Shown here in pieces: positions 30,919 to 38,278 of a DNA stretch of 61,188 nucleotides. The DNA is from Parcubacteria group bacterium (GTDB taxonomy: Bacteria > Patescibacteriota > Minisyncoccia > Portnoybacterales > UBA2143). Each line of letters starts with the position of its first letter. Position 1 is the stretch's first letter. The notes under the pieces were generated by a model. It was not told the origin of the DNA, did not search any database, and worked only from the letters and a program-made list of their open reading frames with translations. The position numbers and the translations under genes were made by a program. Location: positions 1 to 61,188 of the forward strand of contig NYYU01000006.1 in the NCBI GenBank assembly GCA_002685955.1, given 5' to 3'.

Positions 30919-31992
30919 TTAAAATACCCTTTCTATCATATAATCGGCTAAGGACAAAAGAAAATCTTTTTCTTTTTGAGGCGCCTGTATTTTCCTTATT
31001 GACAATTTGGCTTCGTTGACTAGATTTTCGGCCTTGTTCTGACAATATTCAAGCGAACCGCTTTGTCTAACTATTTTCCTGACTCGCTGGATCTCTTCCC
31101 GACTTAAATTTTTCTTGCCTAAATATTTTTTGAATTCTTGCCTGGCTTTTAAATTAGCTAAAGCTAAGGTTTTAAAAATTAAAAGATTGGGCTGATTTTC
31201 TTCTATGTCCGAAACAATCGGTTTGCCCAATTTCTTTTGAGAGGCAAATAAACCTAAGATATCATCCCGAATTTGGAAAGCGCTTCCAATGGGTAAGGCA
31301 AATCTCTCTATTTGTTTTAAAAATCTATCATCTGCTCCAGCCAGAGCTGCGCCAATTTTTAAAGGATTGGCAAAAGTGTAATAAGCTGTTTTATACTCAC
31401 AGACATTAAGAATATCTTTTTCCTTAAGCTTGTCTTTGTCATCTTTGATAAATACTTCCAGCATTTCTCCATGGCAGGTATCAACCACGGTTTGATAAAA
31501 AATATTTAAAGCTTTTGTCCTAAATTTTTCTTGGAACTTACTATTAACTAACAGCCAATAGCCTAAAGCAGCGCCGATATCCCCGGCGATAATCGCCAAA
31601 GAAATCCCCGCATGGTTATCTTTCATCTTTTTCTGATAAAATTTATAAAGCGAGGGCCGACCTCGCCTCAATTCATCCCGATCTATAATATCATCATGGA
31701 TTAAAAACCAATTATGGATTAACTCTATACATGGACAAGTCTCTAAAATCGCTTTTTTGTCTTTACCCCCGGCTAAAGCATATCCAATATTAATTAAAAT
31801 GGGCCTGATTCTTTTACCGCCACCCACATTAATATCTCTTAATATTTTTATCGTTTCTACTGCTTGAGGGAATAATCTAGAACTTTCTTTTATTTTCTTA
31901 TTAAAAAACTTTTCCAGTTCAAGACCTATCCTGATTTGATATTGGTTAAGAACCCTCTGGAAGAATTCAAATTTAAGTTGAGCTTTATTCAT
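30919..31992 (-). CDS. Polyprenyl diphosphate synthase (trans-IPPS)
   Basis: LIHDDIIDRDELRRG (first DDxxD motif) and FQIRDDILG (second). Confidence 0.88.
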   Translation of the reverse strand: MNKAQLKFEFFQRVLNQYQIRIGLELEKFFNKKIKESSRLFPQAVETIKILRDINVGGGKRIRPILINIGYALAGGKDKKAILETCPCIELIHNWFLIHDDIIDRDELRRGRPSLYKFYQKKMKDNHAGISLAIIAGDIGAALGYWLLVNSKFQEKFRTKALNIFYQTVVDTCHGEMLEVFIKDDKDKLKEKDILNVCEYKTAYYTFANPLKIGAALAGADDRFLKQIERFALPIGSAFQIRDDILGLFASQKKLGKPIVSDIEENQPNLLIFKTLALANLKARQEFKKYLGKKNLSREEIQRVRKIVRQSGSLEYCQNKAENLVNEAKLSIRKIQAPQKEKDFLLSLADYMIERVF

Positions 31993-31997
31993 CTTCT

Positions 31998-32717
31998 TTA
32001 TTCGCCAAAACGTCTTTGTCGTTTAATAAAATCTTCAACTGCCTTCATAAGCTCTTTCTGTTTAAAATCAGGGTACATCGTTTTAGTAAAATACAATTGG
32101 CTGTTAGCTGTCTGCCACATCATAAAACCAACGCTATTATGGGGATCGCCTTGGCTGCCTGTTCTAATAACTAAATCAACTGGCGGCAAATCATAAGACC
32201 AAAGATGACTTTCTAATAATCTAGGTATTATTTTCAAACCCTTGTTCTGGCGCGCTTCTTGAACAATGCTTTTTATCGCAGCCATCATTTCATCAGTTCC
32301 ATTATAGGCAATCAGAAAATTAAGTTGGCGCTGATTATGAATTTTAGTCTTATCAATTAATTCTTCTATTACTTTAATTGTCTTTTTGGATAAAACTTCT
32401 TTCCAGCGACCGATTACATTTACTTTAACTTGATTTTGATAGATTTCTTTACTTTTAGTCAATTTTCGGAAATAACGTTCGTAAATCTTAAAAAGACCAT
32501 TAATTTCTCCTTGAGAACGTTTAGTCAAATTATTCCAAGAACCGCCCCATAAAGAAAGACAGTTAATGCCTAAATCAAAAGCTTGTTTGACTATCTCTTC
32601 GGTGATTTTAGCGCCAGCCAAATGACCTTGCCAAGAATTCAATCCTCTTTTTTTGGCCCAACGACGATTGCCGTCAGGCACAATAGCTACATGCTTTGGT
32701 AAATTTTCTTTATTCAT
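31998..32717 (-). CDS. uppS: Undecaprenyl diphosphate synthase (cis-IPPS)
   Basis: HVAIVPDGNRRWAK motif and DLVIRTG. Confidence 0.93.
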   Translation of the reverse strand: MNKENLPKHVAIVPDGNRRWAKKRGLNSWQGHLAGAKITEEIVKQAFDLGINCLSLWGGSWNNLTKRSQGEINGLFKIYERYFRKLTKSKEIYQNQVKVNVIGRWKEVLSKKTIKVIEELIDKTKIHNQRQLNFLIAYNGTDEMMAAIKSIVQEARQNKGLKIIPRLLESHLWSYDLPPVDLVIRTGSQGDPHNSVGFMMWQTANSQLYFTKTMYPDFKQKELMKAVEDFIKRQRRFGE

Positions 32718-32823
32718 TTTTTTGTAGTAAAATTAAAACCGCTTTTTAACGGCTCGGTTAACTCTTTTATTATATAATATTATCATATAAAAAACAAAAG
32801 TGACAAGGGATAACTCAAATTAC

Positions 32824-32852
32824 TTGACTTTTAAATCATATTAACTTACAAT
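32824..32852 (+). promoter_or_regulatory. Sigma70-like promoter of the RRM-protein gene
   Basis: TTGACT, 17 nt spacer, TACAAT. Confidence 0.5.
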
Positions 32853-32953
32853 TTAAGTAACGTAAGTAGTTTCTCTTTCCTTATGCGATTAGCGTAAGTC
32901 AAGCAGAAGTTTAAAAAAGTCGACTTACGGTTAAAAACCATATAAGGAAACAC

Positions 32954-33247
32954 ATGAATAAAAAATTATATGTTGGTGGTCTATCTTATGATACCACCGA
33001 AGATTCCTTAAAAGACGCTTTTTCTAAAGCGGGCGCAGTTGATTCAGCAACGATTATTATTGATCGAATGTCTGGTCGTTCCAAAGGATTTGGTTTTGTT
33101 GAGATGGCTTCTGAAGAAGACGCTCAAAAAGCCATTGATATGTGGGATGGCAAAGAATTCGAAGGTCGTAATCTTACTGTTAACGAAGCTCGTCCAATGA
33201 AAGAGCGTCCTCAAAGAGGATTCAATGATGGTGGCCGAGACAGATAA
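32954..33247 (+). CDS. RRM-type RNA-binding protein
   Basis: RNP2 KLYVGGL and RNP1 KGFGFVEM motifs. Confidence 0.9.
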   Translation: MNKKLYVGGLSYDTTEDSLKDAFSKAGAVDSATIIIDRMSGRSKGFGFVEMASEEDAQKAIDMWDGKEFEGRNLTVNEARPMKERPQRGFNDGGRDR

Positions 33248-33263
33248 CCACCCGTTGTAAATC

Positions 33264-33291
33264 AAAAACAGCCGCTTAAGCGGCTGTTTTT
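33264..33291. terminator. Bidirectional rho-independent terminator
   Basis: AAAAA-CAGCCGC-TTAA-GCGGCTG-TTTTT. Confidence 0.75.
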
Positions 33292-33604
33292 AGTTGTTTG
33301 GAATTGAGATAACAAACCATAATCCTAAGATAATTAAAAGAGCAGAGATAAGACATACAAATATTATACCTTTAAGCCTATTTCCTCCCGGCTCTACTTT
33401 AATAAGATTTAGGCCTAAAACCAGAGACGCGATCAGTAATATCAGCAATAATAGAGCCAAGGAAATAATAAGAGCTCCTAAACCAACCGCGCTTCCTGCA
33501 ATGATAAATACGATAATACAAAAGCAAAAAGAAAAAATAATTAAAATTAAAAATTTCCTTTCTAGCTTCCCTTCTTGCTCATTCTCACCTAGTAACCGCA
33601 TCAT
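33290..33604 (-). CDS. Small hypothetical membrane protein
   Basis: Three hydrophobic helices. Confidence 0.4.
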   Translation of the reverse strand: MMRLLGENEQEGKLERKFLILIIFSFCFCIIVFIIAGSAVGLGALIISLALLLLILLIASLVLGLNLIKVEPGGNRLKGIIFVCLISALLIILGLWFVISIPNN

Positions 33605-33666
33605 TTTGTCCTCCTTATATTTTTAAAGAACGAAAAATAGCAAATTGTTTTTCTACAACCCTTATA

Positions 33667-34533
33667 TTATATCTTTTTAGCGCAATTTAATAAATAATTA
33701 GCTATATCTTTAGAAATACTATATTTACTTACCTTTTCGTTAATGACTAAATTACAAGCAGTATTTATTTCATTTAAAACATATCCTTTGGCTGTTGTAA
33801 AAATATCAATAAAAGAAATTTCAGCCTTAAATTTATCGGCAATTGTTTCAGCCAGTTCTAAGAGTTGTTTAGGCGGATTTTGATAAACTTTTACCTTAGG
33901 ATTCAAACAAACACTGCACTTCCAACTATCTTTAGGCTCATCCCAAAAAACAGCCCCTTCTAAGGCCCGGCCATTTATGACAATGACTCTATTTAATCTT
34001 TGATAGTTTATAAATTCCTGGACAATCAATTGACTATCTTTAATCGCTTTAATTTGATTAATCTGATCAATATTATTTTGATCAAACTTAAAAGCAAATT
34101 CTCCTTGCCCCTGACTAGTAATTGGCTTAACAATAACTTCATTCCAATCTTTAATTTTTTCTTTAATAAAAGACTTAGCCTCTTGTTTAGAAATTTTTAC
34201 TGTTTGAGCGCAAGGAAGATTTTGTTGCTTGGCAAAAATACACGAGTTGTATTTATCGCTGGTTAGTTTTATTGATTCGGCTGAATTAATTACCTTATAT
34301 CCCTCATCTTCAAGGCCTTTTAAGACTTTGTAGGTATAATCAGGATGAGCAGTCCGGGAATGAATAATCGTTTTTGATGGCGAACAGTTATTCTTATTTA
34401 AATAAGTTTTTAGATTTTTAATATTTGTTGTCACAGCATTCCCCCCTTGAAGACTAATTTCTTTAATAATAAAATCAGCGTATTCATCTTCTTCAATTGT
34501 TTTAACAATAACTATTTTTGGTATAGTTTTCAT
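33667..34533 (-). CDS. ATP-grasp (RimK-like) ligase; start set at MKTIPK to avoid overlap
   Basis: VIVKPITSQGQGEF, LIVQEFINY and LNEINT motifs of the ATP-grasp fold. Confidence 0.7.
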   Translation of the reverse strand: MKTIPKIVIVKTIEEDEYADFIIKEISLQGGNAVTTNIKNLKTYLNKNNCSPSKTIIHSRTAHPDYTYKVLKGLEDEGYKVINSAESIKLTSDKYNSCIFAKQQNLPCAQTVKISKQEAKSFIKEKIKDWNEVIVKPITSQGQGEFAFKFDQNNIDQINQIKAIKDSQLIVQEFINYQRLNRVIVINGRALEGAVFWDEPKDSWKCSVCLNPKVKVYQNPPKQLLELAETIADKFKAEISFIDIFTTAKGYVLNEINTACNLVINEKVSKYSISKDIANYLLNCAKKI

Positions 34534-34537
34534 ATGA

Positions 34538-34831
34538 TCAAATAAGTTTAATAATTTCATCAAAATTGTCATCCGGAGCGGATTTAACTCGGTGCTTAAA
34601 ACCACATTTAACGCAGCGATAATAAATAATGTACTTGTTACTTTTTGCCTCAGCGCCAATCGGCTCCATTAAACCGCCACATTCAGATTTTCTATCACCC
34701 GGATTAACATCAACATGCTTAGGCCATAAACATTCCGGACAATGATCCGTATAACCCTTGCCCTTCACTTCCTTACCGCATTTTTCACAAACAAAATTTT
34801 CGATTCGTCTTTGAAATTTCTTTTCCTGCAT
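34538..34831 (-). CDS. Zinc-ribbon protein (RNHCP-domain-like)
   Basis: CEKC..HCPEC..C..CVKC cysteine pairs; stop lies 4 nt from the ATP-grasp start. Confidence 0.6.
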   Translation of the reverse strand: MQEKKFQRRIENFVCEKCGKEVKGKGYTDHCPECLWPKHVDVNPGDRKSECGGLMEPIGAEAKSNKYIIYYRCVKCGFKHRVKSAPDDNFDEIIKLI

Positions 34832-34956
34832 AAATTATCATCTCCTTATTATTCCAACCTCTCTGCTAATATATTGCTATAAATATATAATTCTGTCAAA
34901 TCATCTTATCTTAAGTCCCCAAATAAAATAACCGCGGTAAGACGGCTATTTTATTA

Positions 34957-35030
34957 TGGCAGGCCCGGAGGGAATTGAACCCCCGATTGAGCTTTTGGAG
35001 AGCTCTGTTATACCACTTAACTACGGGCCC
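34957..35030 (-). tRNA. tRNA-Trp(CCA), CCA end encoded
   Basis: Acceptor GGGCCCG/CGGGCCT, anticodon arm GAGCT-CTCCAAA-AGCTC, T-arm GGGGG-TTCAATT-CCCTC. Confidence 0.9.
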
Positions 35031-35032
35031 TT

Positions 35033-35203
35033 TTATTTTTTCCCTGTAAGCTTGGTTTCTTTGTGTAATGTATGTTTTTTGCACCACTTACAAAATTTTT
35101 TCAATTCCAGCTTCTTCTGAATTGTTTTTTTATTTTTATGGGAATAATAATTTCCTCTATTGCATTTATTACATTGTAATTTTATCAAATTATCTTGTGA
35201 CAT
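35033..35203 (-). CDS. rpmG: 50S ribosomal protein L33
   Basis: MSQDNLIKLQCNKC...CKWCKKHTLHKETK zinc-ribbon L33 pattern. The upstream part of the track ORF is spacer. Confidence 0.9.
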   Translation of the reverse strand: MSQDNLIKLQCNKCNRGNYYSHKNKKTIQKKLELKKFCKWCKKHTLHKETKLTGKK

Positions 35204-35220
35204 ATTTTTATTTCTTGAGC

Positions 35221-35257
35221 CCCGATGCAAGATCGGGACTCCGACTTTACGTCGGAG
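35221..35257. repeat. GC-rich tandem double hairpin between tRNA-Thr and rpmG
   Basis: CCCGAT-GCAAG-ATCGGG (35221-35237) and CTCCGAC-TTTAC-GTCGGAG (35239-35257). Confidence 0.5.
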
Positions 35258-35327
35258 CCGACGCTCGGATTCGAACCGAGGACCTACTCCTTACCATGGA
35301 GGCGCTCTACCACTGAGCTACGTCGGC
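35256..35327 (-). tRNA. tRNA-Thr(GGU)
   Basis: GCCGACG-TA-GCTC-AGTGGTA-GAGC, anticodon loop ATGGTAA, T-arm CTCGG-TTCGAAT-CCGAG. Confidence 0.88.
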
Positions 35328-35334
35328 AATTTTA

Positions 35335-35682
35335 CTATTTTTGACTATTTATTAATCCTAATAACATTTTAGATAATGTTTCAAATTTTTGGTAAAAATC
35401 GTTAAACTTTTCTTTATGAATCTGATTTTCATCAAATATTAATTCAAATAACGATACACATTCATATACTGAACCTCTTGAAATTATATAAAAATTCCTT
35501 TTATCTGGTTTTGAAAATTTTCCACTTCCTTCAGCAATGTTTATCACAATACTTATTGATGCTCGTTTAAGTTGATTACGAATATAAGAATCTATTTGTT
35601 TATTTTATCTCAAAAAACTTAAAACCTTTCTATTTAACTCTTTAGCTTTCTTATAAACATCTAAATTTTCAAAATCAAACAT
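35335..35682 (-). pseudogene. Four-helix-bundle protein (23S rRNA intervening-sequence protein family) with an in-frame TAA
   Basis: ATG at 35680-35682 gives MFDFENLDVYKKAKELNRKVLSFLR, then TAA at 35605-35607, then the same frame continues NKQIDSYIRNQLKRASISIVINIAEGSGKF... Confidence 0.75.
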
Positions 35683-35819
35683 AAATCCTGTAATTCGTGT
35701 GAGTAATTTGTAATTAGGGATAAATTTTTCGCTAAAATCTTTATAAAATAATTCATTGCGCCAATTACAAAATACAAATTACTAATTACTCAAATTTTGA
35801 GTGAAGCGAAAAATTTATG

Positions 35820-35901
35820 TGGGCGGTGAGGGACTCGAACCCCCGTAGTCCGAAGACGTCAGATTTACAGTCTGATGCAATTGCCGCTATGCGAACCGCC
35901 C
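35820..35901 (-). tRNA. tRNA-Tyr(GUA), long variable arm
   Basis: Acceptor GGGCGGT/ACCGCCC, anticodon arm CAGA-CTGTAAA-TCTG, variable arm, T-arm GGGGG-TTCGAGT-CCCTC. Confidence 0.88.
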
Positions 35902-35902
35902 C

Positions 35903-35984
35903 TGGAGCCAGTGAGGGGAATCGCCCGGGTATACACCCGGGCGGCAGGGTGTATACCCTGCCGAACCCCCTCTCTCTAACTCAG
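35903..35984 (-). other. 3' half of a split tRNA-like gene (T-arm with 40-nt double-hairpin insert, acceptor 3' strand, CCA)
   Basis: GGGGG-TTCG[GGCAGGGTATACACCCTGCC GCCCGGGTGTATACCCGGGC]ATT-CCCCT-CACTGGC-T-CCA. Confidence 0.45.
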
Positions 35985-36056
35985 AGCCCACGGACGGATT
36001 TGAACCGCCGACCAACTGTTTACAAAACAGTTGCTCTACCACTGAGCTACGTGGGC
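35985..36056 (-). tRNA. tRNA-Thr(UGU)
   Basis: GCCCACG-TA-GCTC-AGTGGTA-GAGC-A-ACTGT-TTTGTAA-ACAGT-TGGTC-GGCGG-TTCAAAT-CCGTC-CGTGGGC-T. Confidence 0.9.
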
Positions 36057-36150
36057 ATAAACTAAACAATGCTCCCCGCCAAAAGCTACGCAATTTGGCG
36101 GGCCCGCCTGCATGCAAGGCTTGCGACGGGTACCATTGAGCTACACTGGC
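36057..36150 (-). other. 5' half of the split tRNA-like gene (acceptor 5' strand, D-arm with 56-nt double-hairpin insert)
   Basis: GCCAGTG-TA-GCTC-AATGGTA[two GC-rich hairpins at 36130-36103 and 36102-36075]GAGC-A... Confidence 0.45.
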
Positions 36151-36152
36151 AA

Positions 36153-36848
36153 TTACTTTATCTTCATATTTTTGATTTCTTCCAAAACCTTTTTCACTTT
36201 ATTATCTTTTGAACCAAGCTTAACAGCCATTTCTAATGAAGATTTAGCATCAACATAATTATGCTGTTTCCAGTAGAGAAAACCTAAGAATTTGTAAGCA
36301 GTGATGTTTTTAGGATTCTCAATAATCAAGTTAATCCACTTTTGCTCTTCTTTAATTGGCTTTTTTAAATCATCAAGTGAAAGCTGATCTTCATCTTCTT
36401 CTGATTCAAACTCTGGTTCTGGAATAATTTCTTTTTCTCCCTCTATCTTATCTATTTTAATGGAAATTTCACTTTCTGGCTTAGGAGTTAATTCATTTTT
36501 AGGAATACGCCGCTTCATTTCTTTCTGCTTAATCCATTCCTTTGATTTCTGAGTCATTATTTGCGATTGATTGCTCAATCCTCTAATCCACTTACTCAAT
36601 AAATTCTCTATTTTTAAAAAGATAATCTTTAATCTACGCAAGAGTTTTTCTAAAAATATCATGAAATTAAGCCAATGCTGCTTGTAATCAACTTCTTGAA
36701 TTCTTTGAACTACTCCTTTTTTTCTGCTCAAAATAGTTAATTCTTCTTCTGATAGACCAGCCAAAACAGAAACTTTCCGATAAACAATAATTCCTAAACC
36801 AATTAGGCTCAAACCAATAGCTATATAAAGAATTATGACTATAGACAT
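36153..36848 (-). CDS. Hypothetical membrane-anchored protein with acidic linker and C-terminal TPR-like repeat
   Basis: N-terminal TM helix; the C-terminus AYKFLGFLYWKQHNYVDAKSSLEMAVKL is TPR-like. Confidence 0.4.
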   Translation of the reverse strand: MSIVIILYIAIGLSLIGLGIIVYRKVSVLAGLSEEELTILSRKKGVVQRIQEVDYKQHWLNFMIFLEKLLRRLKIIFLKIENLLSKWIRGLSNQSQIMTQKSKEWIKQKEMKRRIPKNELTPKPESEISIKIDKIEGEKEIIPEPEFESEEDEDQLSLDDLKKPIKEEQKWINLIIENPKNITAYKFLGFLYWKQHNYVDAKSSLEMAVKLGSKDNKVKKVLEEIKNMKIK

Positions 36849-36859
36849 AAATTTTAAAC

Positions 36860-37309
36860 CTATATCTCTAATCGAACAAATTTCCCTACTTTAATATTTT
36901 CCCCCAACTTAGCAACATTCTCAGTAATTAATGTTTGAATCGTCTTGCTTTCATCCTTAATAAAAGGCTGGCTTAAAAGCTCTTCCACATCCTGAGTGTT
37001 TAAGGCGGCAATATGCATAGCCAAATCATGAGCCAATTCTTTAAATTGGTCGTTCTTGGCTACAAAATCGGTTTCGCAATTTAATTCTACAATAACTCCG
37101 ATTTTCCCATTATTATGAAGATAAGCTTCAATTAGTCCTTGTTTTGTTTCTCGAGCCAATTTTTTAATAGCTTTTTCAGCTCCTTTTTTGCTTAGAATTT
37201 CTAAAGCTTTTGCCTCATCTCCTTTAACTTGTTCTAATGCTTTTTTGCACTCTATTACTGACAAGCCGGTTTTTTGGCGAAGCTCTTTAATTTGTTCAAC
37301 TGATATCAT
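36860..37309 (-). CDS. tsf: Elongation factor Ts (short form)
   Basis: IKELRQKTGLSVIECKKALE UBA-like N-terminus; lies downstream of rpsB. Confidence 0.88.
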   Translation of the reverse strand: MISVEQIKELRQKTGLSVIECKKALEQVKGDEAKALEILSKKGAEKAIKKLARETKQGLIEAYLHNNGKIGVIVELNCETDFVAKNDQFKELAHDLAMHIAALNTQDVEELLSQPFIKDESKTIQTLITENVAKLGENIKVGKFVRLEI

Positions 37310-37328
37310 ATTTTATATATCATTAAAG

Positions 37329-38066
37329 CTATTTTAACGCTTTAACAATTGCTCCTAAGATTAACTTTAAAGAGGAAATAGCATCATCATTAGTTGGAAT
37401 CGGATAATCAATAATTGTTGGGTCAGCATTGGTGTCGCACAAGCCAACTATGGGGACGCCTTTCATTCTAGCCTCTTTAACAGCCAACTTCTCCTTATGA
37501 GTATCTACTACTAAGAGCACATCGGGTAATTTAACAATATTCTTAATTCCACCGAATTGCTGATTCAACTTTTGCAATTTAATACCAAATTCATGCTGTT
37601 CTTTTTTGGTATACTTTTTTAGTTCGCCGCTTTCCTTTTTTCCCTCTAAATCCCGGAAATGCTCTAGTCGCTTGGAAATTACTTTAAAATTAGTTAAAGT
37701 TCCGCCAATCCATCTTTCCGTTATGTAGGGAATTTTTGACTTTTTAGCTGATTCTTCAGTAATCTCTTTAGCGGCTACCTTAGTTCCAACAAAAATAATA
37801 GTTCCCTTTTTTTGTTTGATTTCCTGAAGAAATTTTAAAGCCTTTTCCAGTTTTTCTTGAGTCTGCTCCAAATCAATCACATGGACATTATTACGAACCG
37901 TAAAAATATATGGCTCCATATTAGAATTCCATCTAGATGTTCGATGTCCAAAATGCGCTCCTGCTTTTAACATCTCTTCCAAGCTAGGCAGCATCTTTTT
38001 TACATCGCGACCAATCTTTTTTTTAGTCGTTTTAATTGTTTTAGCAGATTTTTCTTTTTTATTCAT
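37329..38066 (-). CDS. rpsB: 30S ribosomal protein S2 (Lys-rich N-terminal extension)
   Basis: LLKAGAHFGHRTSRWN and ERWIGGTLTN motifs. Confidence 0.93.
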   Translation of the reverse strand: MNKKEKSAKTIKTTKKKIGRDVKKMLPSLEEMLKAGAHFGHRTSRWNSNMEPYIFTVRNNVHVIDLEQTQEKLEKALKFLQEIKQKKGTIIFVGTKVAAKEITEESAKKSKIPYITERWIGGTLTNFKVISKRLEHFRDLEGKKESGELKKYTKKEQHEFGIKLQKLNQQFGGIKNIVKLPDVLLVVDTHKEKLAVKEARMKGVPIVGLCDTNADPTIIDYPIPTNDDAISSLKLILGAIVKALK

Positions 38067-38171
38067 AAAAAAATGGATAATAAAATAACCCTCATGATTT
38101 ACTGTTCATGACCTCTGATTCCAAGATTCAGTATAGCATACTTTAGAATTAAAGCAATATTTTGTTAACTC

Positions 38172-38200
38172 TTGCCTATATCTCTTTATTTTGTTATGAT
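38172..38200 (+). promoter_or_regulatory. Sigma70-like promoter of rpmE
   Basis: TTGCCT, 17 nt spacer, TATGAT. Confidence 0.45.
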
Positions 38201-38211
38201 AAGCCAATATG

Positions 38212-38277
38212 CCCCGTTAGAAATCTGTGTATATGATTATACGGGGTATACTAATAATTCAAGAATTTCTAACGGGG
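38212..38277 (+). promoter_or_regulatory. rpmE leader hairpin ending 1 nt before the start codon
   Basis: CCCCGTTAGAAAT (38212-38224) is perfectly complementary to ATTTCTAACGGGG (38265-38277). A competing ACGGGG lies at 38240-38245. Confidence 0.45.
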
Positions 38278-38278
38278 T

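Noticed and set aside
35817-36117. Track ORFs 35817-36065 (+) and 35887-36117 (-).
   Set aside because: They run through tRNA-Tyr, tRNA-Thr and the GC-rich hairpins. Their openness is a by-product of GC-rich RNA genes.
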